A stretch of DNA of 64,000 nucleotides from Dimorphilus gyrociliatus (Eukaryota > Animalia > Annelida), in the NCBI GenBank assembly GCA_904063045.1, contig CAJFCJ010000007.1, positions 1,756,873 through 1,820,872 of the forward strand, in the 5' to 3' direction. The position numbers and the translations under genes are program-made. Under the pieces are notes generated by a model that saw only the letters and a list, made by a program, of their open reading frames with translations, made no database searches and was not told the DNA's origin. Below, one piece after another: positions 1 to 11,894 of this stretch (position 1 is its first letter; each line of letters begins with the position of its first letter).

Positions 1-4
1 TCAG

Positions 5-2112
5 ATTCAAATAGTTGCATACAACTCTGAAATATATGGCAATATAACACAAGCTCGTTACTCTCCAAATGGAATAGCAATAATTGCAATATTTGCCCAG
101 GTTCGGTAACTTTTTCCTTTAGTTAATTTTATATAAGCAAGCTGTTTGAAATTGTACTGCCAAAAAACCGAAAAAAAACATGGCCATAAAAAACTTTTAT
201 TTATTCCCTTAATACTATTTTACTTTATTTTTATCCTCCTGTTCTTAAAGTGCACCTGCGCCTCGTACTCGCTTTTTAAATATGTAATTTTCTTCAGATA
301 ACAAAGGATGCCAAGGACAAAAATGAACAATTGGAAATAATATCTCAATTCTTACCTGATGTTCAGTTTCGAGGTAAAAAAACTTTTAAATTTTTTTCAC
401 TTAGTTTTACCTCAGATTTGAAATTAGATACTTATGATAAACAATATTTTCATTTTCAAGAACAAAAAAGTAAAATTCGCCAAGTTTCTATACACAAGTT
501 AATGCCTGATACTAATCATTATGTAACATATGATGGGTCGTTTACTTATCCTGGTTGTGAAGAGACGGTAACATGGATTATCATGAATCGACCCTTGCAC
601 ATTACGGTGCAACAGGTTTGTATTTTTTTTACTTATCCTAACACCCTCATTAGTGTAACTTGATTGAAGCATGTCTAAAATTACTTTCACCTGTCTTTTT
701 GAAGTTTTGACGTGAAAATAATAACTTGTTTTGATCTCGTTTGATTTATGGATATGCAAATTTCTGTCTCTTTCAGTGTTATTCATCAGTTTCTATAAAA
801 GAAAAACAAAAATTAAGATCTTGATATATTGATATATCCAAGAAAAATGCCACTAAGGACTAATCGACCTTATCAACTGCTTAAGAATAAGAGCTACAAG
901 TACCAAATTGTAGTCCTTTTAAGTTTTTGATCGCTTAATTTATTTCTAAAAAGGAAATACCGGTTCGATCAAGGTTACACAAGGTGAACATTAAACAGAA
1001 TTCTTTACGAGAATAAATCGAGCGATCGGCACGTTTGGTCTAATGCGTTTCCTTTTATTTATTCCTTCCTTTATCCTTGAAGATATTTAAGATTTTACAT
1101 ATGCCTCCATAATGAAAAAAATATCTTATCTGTTCATTTTCTCAAATTGAATTAAAGTTTAAGATTGCAAAATATTTTTAATAATATGCTCAATTTTTCT
1201 CTGAATATTTTAATCTTGTTTGTTAGGAAGAGTCTATATAATAAAGGAACTGACAAGGAGTATTTTTATTAAATAATAATGTCATTTAAAGTATTAGCAA
1301 TAAACTTTGAGACGAGATATTAATATAATATATGAGTGCACTTATATATTATTATATTTCTATTCATATATATAAAATTATTTTCTTATATTTGCTTCAA
1401 TTACTTATATTTACTATTTTCTAGCTGGAAAATTTCCGAATGCTCTACTTTGCAAAGTCCGAAAAGGAAGTTCTGACAAAAATGGCCAACAATTTCAGAG
1501 ATGTTCAACCAGTGGCTAGAAGAACCATTCGAACCAACATAAATTTCCCAAATTATGTAAGCCTTATTGGATTGTTCCTTTAAAGTTATACGAATTTTCA
1601 TTATCTACTAAAGATATATTTTATGCATTAAAATATCTATATTAAAAAAAGCAAAGGATAAATTATTTAGATATTGTTGAAGTATTTCCTTCAAATTTTA
1701 GTACATCCTTAGAGTTCCTGTCAAGAAACTATCTTGATCTTCAGTCCCCGGATTTACTAGGTTTTTAAAGTTATTATACGGTCCATTGACAGTCACAAAA
1801 TGGCGAATGTAACCTGTCATTCGCGTTTCTTGGGGCGTCTCCAGAGGGTACAGAAAGAGGTCAAAGTGATCACTCCCAATAAAATGCTTTCATATTCCTT
1901 TTTTGATCATACTTTTATTTTCAAATTACAGAATGAAAATTGTACAATGAAAAAAGATACATTTTATGAAGGTAAGATTACTGGACAATTTTTGTTATAT
2001 TCTCCAAGTTTAAAAATAGAATTTTCTAGCTTTGGTTTAAAAAATAAAATTCATATATGTAGCTGTTAAAAACTCGCTTCAACGAATATCTGTTGACAGC
2101 ATTGCAAAATAG
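5..2112 (+). CDS. CA10: Carbonic anhydrase-related protein 10/11-like (acatalytic CARP), 5' part outside window
   Basis: Exons ~5-100, 298-373, 416-615, 1425-1556, 1932-1971, 2063-2112, all GT-AG. Translation includes IQIVAYN, YVTYDGSFTYPGCEETVTWIIMNRP and MANNFRDVQPVARRTIRTNINFP, typical of alpha-CA/CARP C-terminal regions. Confidence 0.88.
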
Positions 2113-3237
2113 TTTGTGTAATGAATTCAGACAACAATAGCTTAGAAAAAGGGTTTGCAAACAATACGTATATAAAGGATCTCGTTGAGCGCGTACAAAT
2201 GGTAAACTAATGTTTGTTGTGCTCGTGAACGACTAGACAGAAGCGAATTTAAAGTCAAACTAAAGTAATGCTTTAAAAATTTCAAATGAGTTGTAAATGG
2301 GTTTTAGTAAAGCAAAATATTTTGTCAGTGTGAGCTAATTGATTTTAATTGTAACTTTACAGAGAATGCAACGCTTAATGAAACTATTCAGGAAGGAAAA
2401 CGCATAGGAAATGGTTTATCACGTAGCAAAAATAAAAACCAACTAATCTAAAGGCAGTTTAATGGCAAGAGGACAAAACTACCCGAAAGAAAAATTACGA
2501 TACTGCTTTAACAACAGCATGCTTCTGCTAATAGATTGTATTTATTTGCACATAAAATCTGTCTTACATCATAAAGTTAAACAATTTCTCTGTGTTTCAA
2601 CAATATTATTGGTTAGTGTTTAGTAATCGATAAGAAAATCGATATAGATATAAAAAATAATACAATTCTTAACGTTATCATAAACTGAAGAAAAAACAAC
2701 TCACAAGGGAACCTTTAGCGCCATCTATTAGCTTAATTGCTATACTTAAAAATGATTTAAATACGCTGTCAGTAAACGAATTGTGAAAACTTAATATCAT
2801 TTTGCGATTTTTCAGTAGTGATAAAGTGATATAAAGTCTCAAAAATAATAGTTTTCAAGGGAGAATTTATTTTAGCTATTACTAAAAAAACTGGATAATT
2901 AGCCAGGAGTTTAACAAAAATATAAAAACCAAAATATCTTATTTTTTTATAAAATGAATTTAAAAAATTTGACCAAGGTATAAATAAACTAAAATAATCA
3001 TTGCGTTATTCAAATAGATGAATAATTTTTAGTGTTATCAGTTTCTATAACTTGTTTAAAGCCATGACTAATAGATATTGCGGTGATCAGATAAGATATC
3101 GGTGCAATGGAAGCACATTGAACAATTTGTTGCTCTTGTACATATTGTTTTGCTCCAAGTTCAATAGTTACTGGCAGGTAAAAAAATTAAAATTTTGTTT
3201 TGAAGAATTTAATGTATCTATTGATTTTTGTAGCCCC

Positions 3238-3552
3238 ATGTCTTCTCAACCAAATAATGATGATCCCCCTCCTTATCCTGGACCACCTGCTAATGCTAAG
3301 TATTTTACGTCCACTAATATAAATCTTCCCAGCGGATACCCACAACCCCAAGGAACAAACGTCAACGAAAATCAACAAGTCACAGTTATTGTTCAATCTG
3401 GTGATTGTCCACAATGTAAAGGATTTATGATTACACACTATCCTTGTTGTGCAATATGTTTGGCGATTATTTTTTTTCCTTTTGGGTTATTATGTTGCCT
3501 ATGTTTGACCCAAAGGAAGTGTAGCACCTGTGGATACACAGGATCTGTTTGA
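3238..3552 (+). CDS. BRI3: Brain protein I3-like (BRI3/LITAF-like Cys-rich membrane protein)
   Basis: ATG at 3238 inside ORF 3052-3552. Pro-rich PPPY N-terminus, then CPQC...hydrophobic CCAICLAIIFFPFGLLCCLCL...CSTC. Confidence 0.78.
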   Translation: MSSQPNNDDPPPYPGPPANAKYFTSTNINLPSGYPQPQGTNVNENQQVTVIVQSGDCPQCKGFMITHYPCCAICLAIIFFPFGLLCCLCLTQRKCSTCGYTGSV

Positions 3553-3668
3553 AAATTTATCTCTAATAGACATCACTTAGTCCGATTCTGTTGTCTGCCA
3601 ACAGCATTGGTCGTCCTAAATAAGCAAGAATGTCTACTTTTATGATTGTCAAGAATTAAATATATTGA

Positions 3669-4790
3669 TTAAATATACCTTGATGAGAGAATTGCAGGTT
3701 TCCGTTTAGATACCCCAACACTTGAGTTTGGAGTCTGCATTTTATAGCTAGTAGAATAAGTTATTAATAGAGAAACTAAATAAGAAAGTACTTGTCAAAC
3801 CTCGCTTTTTCCTTTTTAGTTTTCTCCTTGAATACACTTGATGGATCAAAATGATTATGAACATTTTTTTGTTGTTCTTTCTTATAATTTCCTTCACTAA
3901 CCATTAATCTGATGGGCGTATATAATTCAAACCATTTCTAGCAAATAAGAAAAATTATATAACCTATAACCGGTATTTCGAAAATTACTTACTCTGTTCT
4001 GAGGAGGTAGGCCATAACTCGTAAATAAGTACTGCCAATCAGAAATACCTAAATGAACAACAATCAAATGAAAGTAATTGTAGAAGGTATCAGCTAAATA
4101 ATGCCATTGTAGACTTCTATCCAAAAACCATATTTCGGAATTATGAGCTTGTATTCCTAGATTTAAATTTCAAAATTTAATTTAAATATGACTGAATAAT
4201 AACAAAATTTCACCTGGTTTGGTATCTAAATAAACCAGACAAATTTTTCCCAAACTATCGCATGAATCTAGTTCGAAAATGCGACTACGATTGTCGAATT
4301 TGGGTTGTTTATTAGTAGTTTTTAACAAATTGTCGTCATCATCTTCATCATAATCAACATCACCCAAAGAAGGAACAGTCGAGTTCGAACAACTAATTCC
4401 CCCAATACGAACAAGTTGATTCAGTGGATTTATTTTTATTTTACCAACTGTATATTTCGTTTCAGCTATTCTACTAGTCCATGACATGCATAGGCCGTCG
4501 CTTGTTAAATAAAGTGACTTTAAATCATTAGGCATAGTGCATAAAACTCTCTGCTCCCAAGCAATTATCATATGACTTTCAACCCCGGGTTTTTCTGCTA
4601 ATCGAATATCTCCGATACCTTTTCTCTTTCCTAATTTAAAAGAAAGGTTACTATAGCAACTTGTGTTAAACTGCACTAATTTTGGTTATTGAAACAAACT
4701 TATATTCTGTTTATTACCTAAAGTGTTAAATAACCCAAACATCATTTCGTTGAATATCTCTCTTCTGTCTAGTCCATCTGTGTTCATCAT
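3669..4790 (-). CDS. TPGS2: Tubulin polyglutamylase complex subunit 2
   Basis: Spliced. EKPGVESHMIIAWEQ, KFDNRSRIFELDSC...GKICLVY and DRSLQWHYLADTF...HLGISDWQYLFTSYG match remembered TPGS2. The last exon is uncertain: stop at 3776 or, after a further intron, 3669. Confidence 0.88.
4647..4660. promoter_or_regulatory. RFX X-box palindrome GTTACTATAGCAAC
   Basis: 14-bp match to the X-box consensus in TPGS2 intron 1, next to the TPGS2/CCDC112 divergent promoter. Confidence 0.55.
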
Positions 4791-5584
4791 TTTTATGTCT
4801 TACTTTAAATAATTTTTGCTGGAGCAGACGATACTTAGACTGGTTTCTTGTTGCCTATTTTCTTCTGCATTCACCCAAGAACAAATATCAGTTTTGGCAG
4901 TTATTGCTTGTATATTTTTGCATATTTAATGGTTATATATACTTCAGTCTCATTAACGAGTGTCTTTATATAGCTCAAAATTTCAACCTCAACTCAACTT
5001 AAATACTTAAATGATAATAGCATATTTTTTAGTCAGGACTGGGCTCATATGAAATTATAGATAGCATTAGGAGATTTATTATGTCTAAAGTAACATGTGT
5101 CAAACAATTACTACTAATTCGAATTTTGAATTAAAAACCAAATCGAATATAATAGCCTTTACAAGATATTATAGTTCATAAAAAGTCCCCGAGTTACTGA
5201 AAAAAGTTTAGCACAGTAGTTCCTAAGACACACCTATATAGACAAAGACTTAGACTCTGAAATAAATTAAAAACAAATTACAATAATTACAGATGTATAT
5301 TAGTTGAATTTTCTATAATAGTATATTTTGAGATATTTTAAAGGAGCTGTACAAAACTGTAAACTTTTTTGATATAGTGGCATGTACTAATACCTTCCGC
5401 TAGGTTCGCTGGTGTCGATATACTTTCCGATAGAACACTGCCAGTAGCATTCCTATCTTAAAACACTCGTTTGTGAACCCGTCAAGTTTTTAGAAGGAAG
5501 CGGAAACTTTATGAACGCGCTCTCCTATGGCATAATAGCAAAACAAACCGTGAAGATTTGATTGTCTTACGTGAGGCTCTTAAA

Positions 5585-7509
5585 ATGGAATATAAAAAAA
5601 GAATCAAAGAGGTATACCATATAAATTTATTTTAATCTCAATCAAGATTTAAACTATGTGACTATAGAGTACCTCAGGAAAACGCAAAGATCAGTCTGAT
5701 ACAAGCAGGAAATCAAATTTTATCAAGGATTGGAATAATTTGAAATTAAGGTAAATGCATTATATTAAATGAAATCTATAGAAAACAAACAAAAAACATT
5801 AGAGTAAGTCAAGCTGAAAAGGAAAATGCCAAGAAATATTTTATGCCTGACTTTGGCGATAATATGGATTCAGATCAACGCTTTACAACAGATCCTAAAG
5901 CTGATGGTTTGTTGATGTCTTTATTTTATCAACTTTTTCAACTTTTGTTCGTTTAATTATATCCACAGGTGAAAAAGTTCAGCAGCAATTTTCTTCAGTA
6001 AAAGCTCGAGTAAATCAATTTAAGAGTAAGCTTGAAAATGTTATACCTAATCCAGCAAGTAAGTGAAAGTAAGGAAATTATTTTTGATTTTAAACCATGT
6101 CCTTTATTTCGTATAAGTTATAACATCTTTAAAAGAAATTATAGAAGATATTGAAAATGAAATTTCAAATATAAAACTTGCTCAACGTCAAAAGTAGGTT
6201 CTGTATATATTATATAAAGAATAAAAAGGCTATATTTTAACAGATATGAAAACTTGGTAAAAGAGGAAAAATTGAGCGAAACTGAAGTGTCGGCTATTGA
6301 AAGACGAATAGAAACTTGGACTTCCACTTCAAAACCAGATCAGAACTTAAAGGAGTGTAATAAACAAAGTTTTTCAAACTGGGAAACAAGAACTGATGGA
6401 TTACTTCCAGAAATTATAAATTATAATGTTTGTTTGTATAGCTTGAAAACTAGTATTCCATTTTGTAAAAATGACAGAAATTTATTCAAGAGTCTAAAGG
6501 AATTCGCGGAGGTTGGGATGAATATGACCACGGCTTATTTTTACGATTCAGAAACAAACATAATGTAAATAAAGATTGTCTACTTAATACTGGGCTTACT
6601 ATTTTTTTTCAGGCGAAGATTAGTTTTGTTGCTGATTTGCTACCATCAATTCCTACTAGGACAGAAGAAGAAATATTTGAACATGAAAAATGGTATAAGA
6701 AACTGTGCATCTTAAATGATGAAAAAAAAAGAGCGATTCACTCTTGGAAAAAAAAAAAAGAGGAAGAGCAAAACGAAAATTTGAGAAAGTTACAAAGAGA
6801 GAGAGAAAAAAACAATGAAAAAGACATTGATAGCATTCAAAAGCAGAAACGAGAGTCAGATATCGACAAAAAATTAAAAATAAATGCATGGAGAATGGAC
6901 AAAGAGTTGCAAAGAGCAGAAAATGAAGAAAAACTTTTAAAAGAGCGCTTGTACGAAGCTAGACAGGAACAAATTAGATTGAATGAGCAGGTAGTAAAAG
7001 TTTGTTTTGTCCTTTGTTTTTCAAATTAAATTATTCACTATCAGAGAAAAAAGAAAAACCAGCTATTGGAGTATAAACAGCAGAAATTTGAATTGGAGCA
7101 GGAAATGAAACGTATCAAAGACCTGGAGGATAGCGTAATTAATGAAGAAAAACGATTTGAAGCTTCTGAAAAAATAGCTTACTTTCAACAGAGAGTAAGT
7201 AACTCACTTAGCATATTGAATATTCAATTTAGATTTAACTTGTTTCTGAAGGATATGAAGAAAGTAAAAATGAATGTGGATAAGAAAAATCAATCAACTT
7301 ATGAAGCACAAATAGCTGAGCAGCGCAAGAGAGAAATAGTTCGCAGACAAGCAGGAGTAAATGCATCGCGTGACCCTTCCCGTCTGCTTCAACCAACTAA
7401 AATTTGGGAGGAGAGGGAAAGACAAAAGCATGAAACAAAGTCGAATCCAACTGTGAATTTTTCGATTCCTCACCGAGCAGTTCCGTCCTGGAGAGCAGGT
7501 CTTCAATAA
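5585..7509 (+). CDS. CCDC112: Coiled-coil domain-containing protein 112
   Basis: Multi-exon. GGWDEYDHGLFLRFRNKH, EEEIFEHEKWYKK and C-terminal SRDPSRLLQPTKIWEER...IPHRAVPSWRAGLQ match remembered CCDC112. Start codon uncertain. Confidence 0.85.
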
Positions 7510-7641
7510 AAGTTTTTTCGTAAATTATCAAGCACCAGATGGCACCACAGATTATAAGAATATTTAATGTTTCCTCTTGTTATCGGTCTTTATTCAATAT
7601 GGCGAAATAAAGCATTTGTAAATAAAACTATCTTTTAAACC

Positions 7642-8581
7642 ATGGAAGATAAAAAACTAATAGAAATATATGAACAGCAATTTTCTAATTGTACGGCAGA
7701 AATAACCAGTAAAATAACGCAGCTTCAAGCCGTTAGCGGCTATAACAGACAAAATGCTATTTTAGCAATCGAAAGGTTAATAGATGAGTGCAAAGAACTG
7801 GTAGTACTTTCGTTCTAATCTTTAGATTATTCTTAAAATACTATTTGTTAGTTAGAGCAAATGGAATTGGAGATACGCGGTGCAGGGAAGGATTCACGGG
7901 ACATTTATCAAAGCAGGTTGAAAGCGTATAAAGCAGAGCTGGACAGACAAGAAAAAGATTTTGTAAGTTCAATATTTATAATCAACGCCGTAATATATAT
8001 TTTATATATCTTTAGAAACAATCCGTTATAGTAATTGGAACTGAGGCGACAAACAGAGATGAGTTGTTCTTTAATGGAAGTGATGTCTTTGTACCTGATG
8101 AACAAGTAATTTGTAAACGTCTTAAGAAAACATGATTAGCTTTTTCTTTTGCAGAAACAAAAATTATTAGACAACAGCCATAAGTTGGAACGAACTGGAT
8201 CCAAAATCACAGGAGGATATAGGACAGTATTAGAAACGGAGGAAATTGGTAAAAACATTTTAAATGACCTAGGGTCTCAAAGAGAAACCCTGCAAAGATC
8301 TCGAAATAGGGTATATGATATACATTATATTATGTAGACATTTATTTTTATGAGGTACATTATTCTAGGTATACGAGATTGACGGAAATTTAGGAAAGAG
8401 CTCAAGAATCCTATCAAGTATGATGAGGAGGTAAATTAAGTAATTAATTTGCATAGCTAATTTATTAATAGGTGAAAACTGCAGAATAGTCCAGAACAAA
8501 ATTTTACTCGTTATTGTTGGCATCATAATGATAGGATTAATTTTTTGTGTATTGTATCTTACTATTCGACGAAGATCCTGA
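7642..8581 (+). CDS. VTI1A: Qb-SNARE VTI1A
   Basis: Five introns. YEQQFSNCTAEITSKI, LEQMELEIR, DGNLGKSSRILSSMMRR and a C-terminal TM segment IVQNKILLVIVGII...TIRRRS*. Confidence 0.9.
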
Positions 8582-8931
8582 AGATTTGGCGGCTGATGCT
8601 TTCTAACTGAAAAGAAAACTTTTAACTTGTTCATTCTAAATTTAAAATAATAGTAAACTTGATTAATGTAAAAGAGACCTTAATTTAATTTGGCAGTCAT
8701 CAGGAAATATACTCTAGTATATTTATATTTTTTCTGAAATAAATGTTCACATGTATAAAATATCCTACAAATTTAAGTTAAGTTTCTACTAGTTGTATAA
8801 TGATTGCAAATAAATATTCTTTGAGTTGTAGTTATAAGAAAATCTCAATTAATTTATTCAAAATAAACAAAAGAGGTACAAATGACATACATATGTAAAT
8901 AAAATAATGTACGTTAAATAAATTATCGTAG

Positions 8932-11676
8932 CTATAGAGGACCTGATGCTCCATCTTCAAATAACAAATGACTTCGTTTCGACAGTATATAGCCTCCAGC
9001 AAGCGATAGGATAAAAACAAAAATCCCACTGAGTAGTACAGCGAGCTGAAGGAAAGTAAGACAAACAGAATTTGAAAAATCTGGTGCAAAAGCATTATGC
9101 ATTCACCAACATTTTATTTTAAAAAAATACTTTCTTACCTCGGTTGCACTGTCAGGCTTCAAAAAATATCGTATATCTATATCTATCCATGTACTCTCAG
9201 TCCAGACCGGATAGCCATTATCAAGAACCTTGTTGGCTGTGGTTGCAAATAAAAGAGATCTTTATGAGATAAATAATTGTAAAATATACTAGAAGGGTCA
9301 TATCCAGGTGATAATCCAGAATGATGCCGTATGGCGGATATTATACACATGCCTACACTTTTATCAATTTCAAAGCCGTTAACCCACAGTCCAGTTTTGT
9401 TGCCTGTCTGTTAATTTTCATTTTTTAAACTGGATACTATAGAAACAATCACAAACTAAACAATATTTACATTGTAAGAATTACATTGCTTTTCTGTAAC
9501 ATTGTGTGAAAAAATCCCCGTTGCATTTGCCATTAGGGATCTGAAACTGAAAAAATGCTGGATATGTTCGTTGTTGGTCAAAGATAGTCATACAAAACTA
9601 ATTGCTCCGTGCTGATCTTTCTGGAAAGCGATTGTTGAACAGATAAATGCCAATCTCTAGTCCATGTTGGTTTGTCTCCATATCCAGCAGTCAAATTAAA
9701 ATCAGTAGGAATTATTTCTCGCAGAAGATCGCATGAATTATTTTTCAAGAGACAAAAGAGTAAATTAGAAACCTGTTGAAAGAGTTGTGCTAGAGATCAT
9801 TTAGAATATGTATGTGTACTTGCATAAATTTCATCAACATTCACGGTCTTAGTCTTGTTGGTTGCCAAAGAATATATCGTCTGGGTAATTGTTTCTGCTA
9901 TCTAAAACATATTAAATAACAAAAATGCACACAAGCAGTGAAGATATTTATATACCTCTGATATTTTTTTAGCTAGAGGAAAACTTTTATTAACAAATGA
10001 GGTGTTAAAAGGCAAGTCTCTAAGCTCATCTAAAAGTGTATCATATCGGCTATTATAAAACTTATTTATGAACTCTGTGTTATGATCTGCTAAAACTACA
10101 CCAGGGACTTCGAACCATTTTAGAAAGCTTTGTAAACTTGCAGGGGGTAGTATATTATTCTTGGCTTCTTTGAATGCTATATTTTTTGAATATTCAGTGA
10201 ACTTTTGGGTAATTTTCTCATTAGCTTGGCTAATAGCAACGGAAGAATTGATTTTGTTTGTGTGCATGTATATTTGATCTTTTGACCCGGCAAGTTGGGA
10301 TAGTTCCACAATCAATTCGATTTGTTTTTTATCTATGAAAAAGTTCTTATTTTTCATATCAAAGACCAACTTTGTCGAACTTAAGTAATCCAGAGTTTCA
10401 CCTCCAAAAAGCATAAAAACGATACTCCTCCCATGTGTTTGCAATTCTTTCTCTGATGTCTTCAAAGCTTTTGCAACAGCTAATAGTGTTATCATTCCAC
10501 TTAACGGGTTATTTGCTCCAGGAGCTAAAGTTTCAAACATGGTTAAAGTCAAATACTGTGCCAGCACAAGGATTACTTTATCCTCTTGTAACAAAGGTCC
10601 TGGGTAGGACGATATTATTGTTCTGGCACCAATGATTGTACATAACTCTTTAGCTGTAAAAATCAGGCAATGTTATATCAACAGTTTAATCATAAATTCA
10701 TACATTCTCCATTCAAATTTGTAGTTTTTCCCGTCCTTCTAAGGCATACTTCGGCATTAACTGCCCCTCTCATTTGAGACTTAATTTCGACTGCACAAAG
10801 GGGTGATTGCGGTGGTTGATCATTTTTGGGTTCATTTCTTTTTTTCCAACACTAAATGTTAAGACATAAGCATATATATAAAAATTTAGGATTGTTATAT
10901 ATTTACAATGTCTATTAATTTTTCAACTTGATCTGCTTTATAAAGAGCCAGAATGGGTATTTCGAAATACTCGTTAAGCCAATTCGTTCCTTGAACATTC
11001 CAATTGTAATCCAAGCAATCCTTGTAACTATCATCGTTTGAATAAAGATCTAAAAACATATTATATTCAGATAAAGCAGTTTGTATAAAAATAATACTTT
11101 ACCATATTTATGATTTGGACAAGTCGATTCTGGAGAGAATTGTTCAACAGTGGAATTTCCAAAATAAGTCACAAGAAGACTATTTACTTTTTTATCGTTG
11201 ATATACTGTCTTATCTCTAACATCAGTTCTCTAGCAAAAATTAGAGTCAATTTAATATACGTATTAACAAAAACTAAAAATTCATACTTGGTGAAAGGAA
11301 AGTTTTTAGTTGGATTAATTAACAGGGTATAAGGTCCTTGTCTGGCATTATTTTTGAACCATTGTTGTCTAGCTGCATTGTCCATATAAAATAAAACACC
11401 CACCGCACTCTCAGCCCCTTGGTAAAAAATATGCTATTTAAAAATTGTGAGAAATGTTTATCATACCTTTGCAGCCGTAAGTGTTTTCCCTATTTAATCG
11501 AAGATAACATACAGATGATCCTTCAAGTGATATATAAATTTTTTCAGACAATTTGTTTTTTTCTATTGCACCAGCTGAAAGATGGAGTTTAAATAAGAAT
11601 ATACGATTTATCTCTGTTTCTCTAATTCAGGCTTACTTAAACAGGTGAGGAATGACAAATACAATAGTATCAGCAT
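8932..11676 (-). CDS. NCSTN: Nicastrin (gamma-secretase subunit)
   Basis: Signal-peptide exon at 11676. EKIYISLEGSSVCYLRLNRENTYGC, LAPGAN...FGGETLDYLSSTKLVFDM, VWTESTW and TM LLSGIFVFILSLAGGYIL, ending ...GASGPL*. Confidence 0.92.
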
Positions 11677-11894
11677 AATAAAATTAAATGTAACTGACGC
11701 CGATGTGGACCGTTTCTTTATGTTAAACACAAGACAAACAGCAAATGGGATAAAAATGAGCGAAATCTTTTCGATTTCAGTCGAGTGTCCATACTTAAAG
11801 ATACTTCCGGTTTCTGACTGTTTAGTATATGAAATTTACGCATTATCGCTTTCTTCAAAGCCAATTTGCCAATTAAATCAGCAAATTTTAAAAT

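Noticed and set aside
1401-2069. ORFs 1401-1601 (-) and 1800-2069 (+) as separate small genes
   Set aside because: The first is antisense to a CARP exon. The second runs through a CARP intron and the 40-nt CARP exon at 1932-1971.
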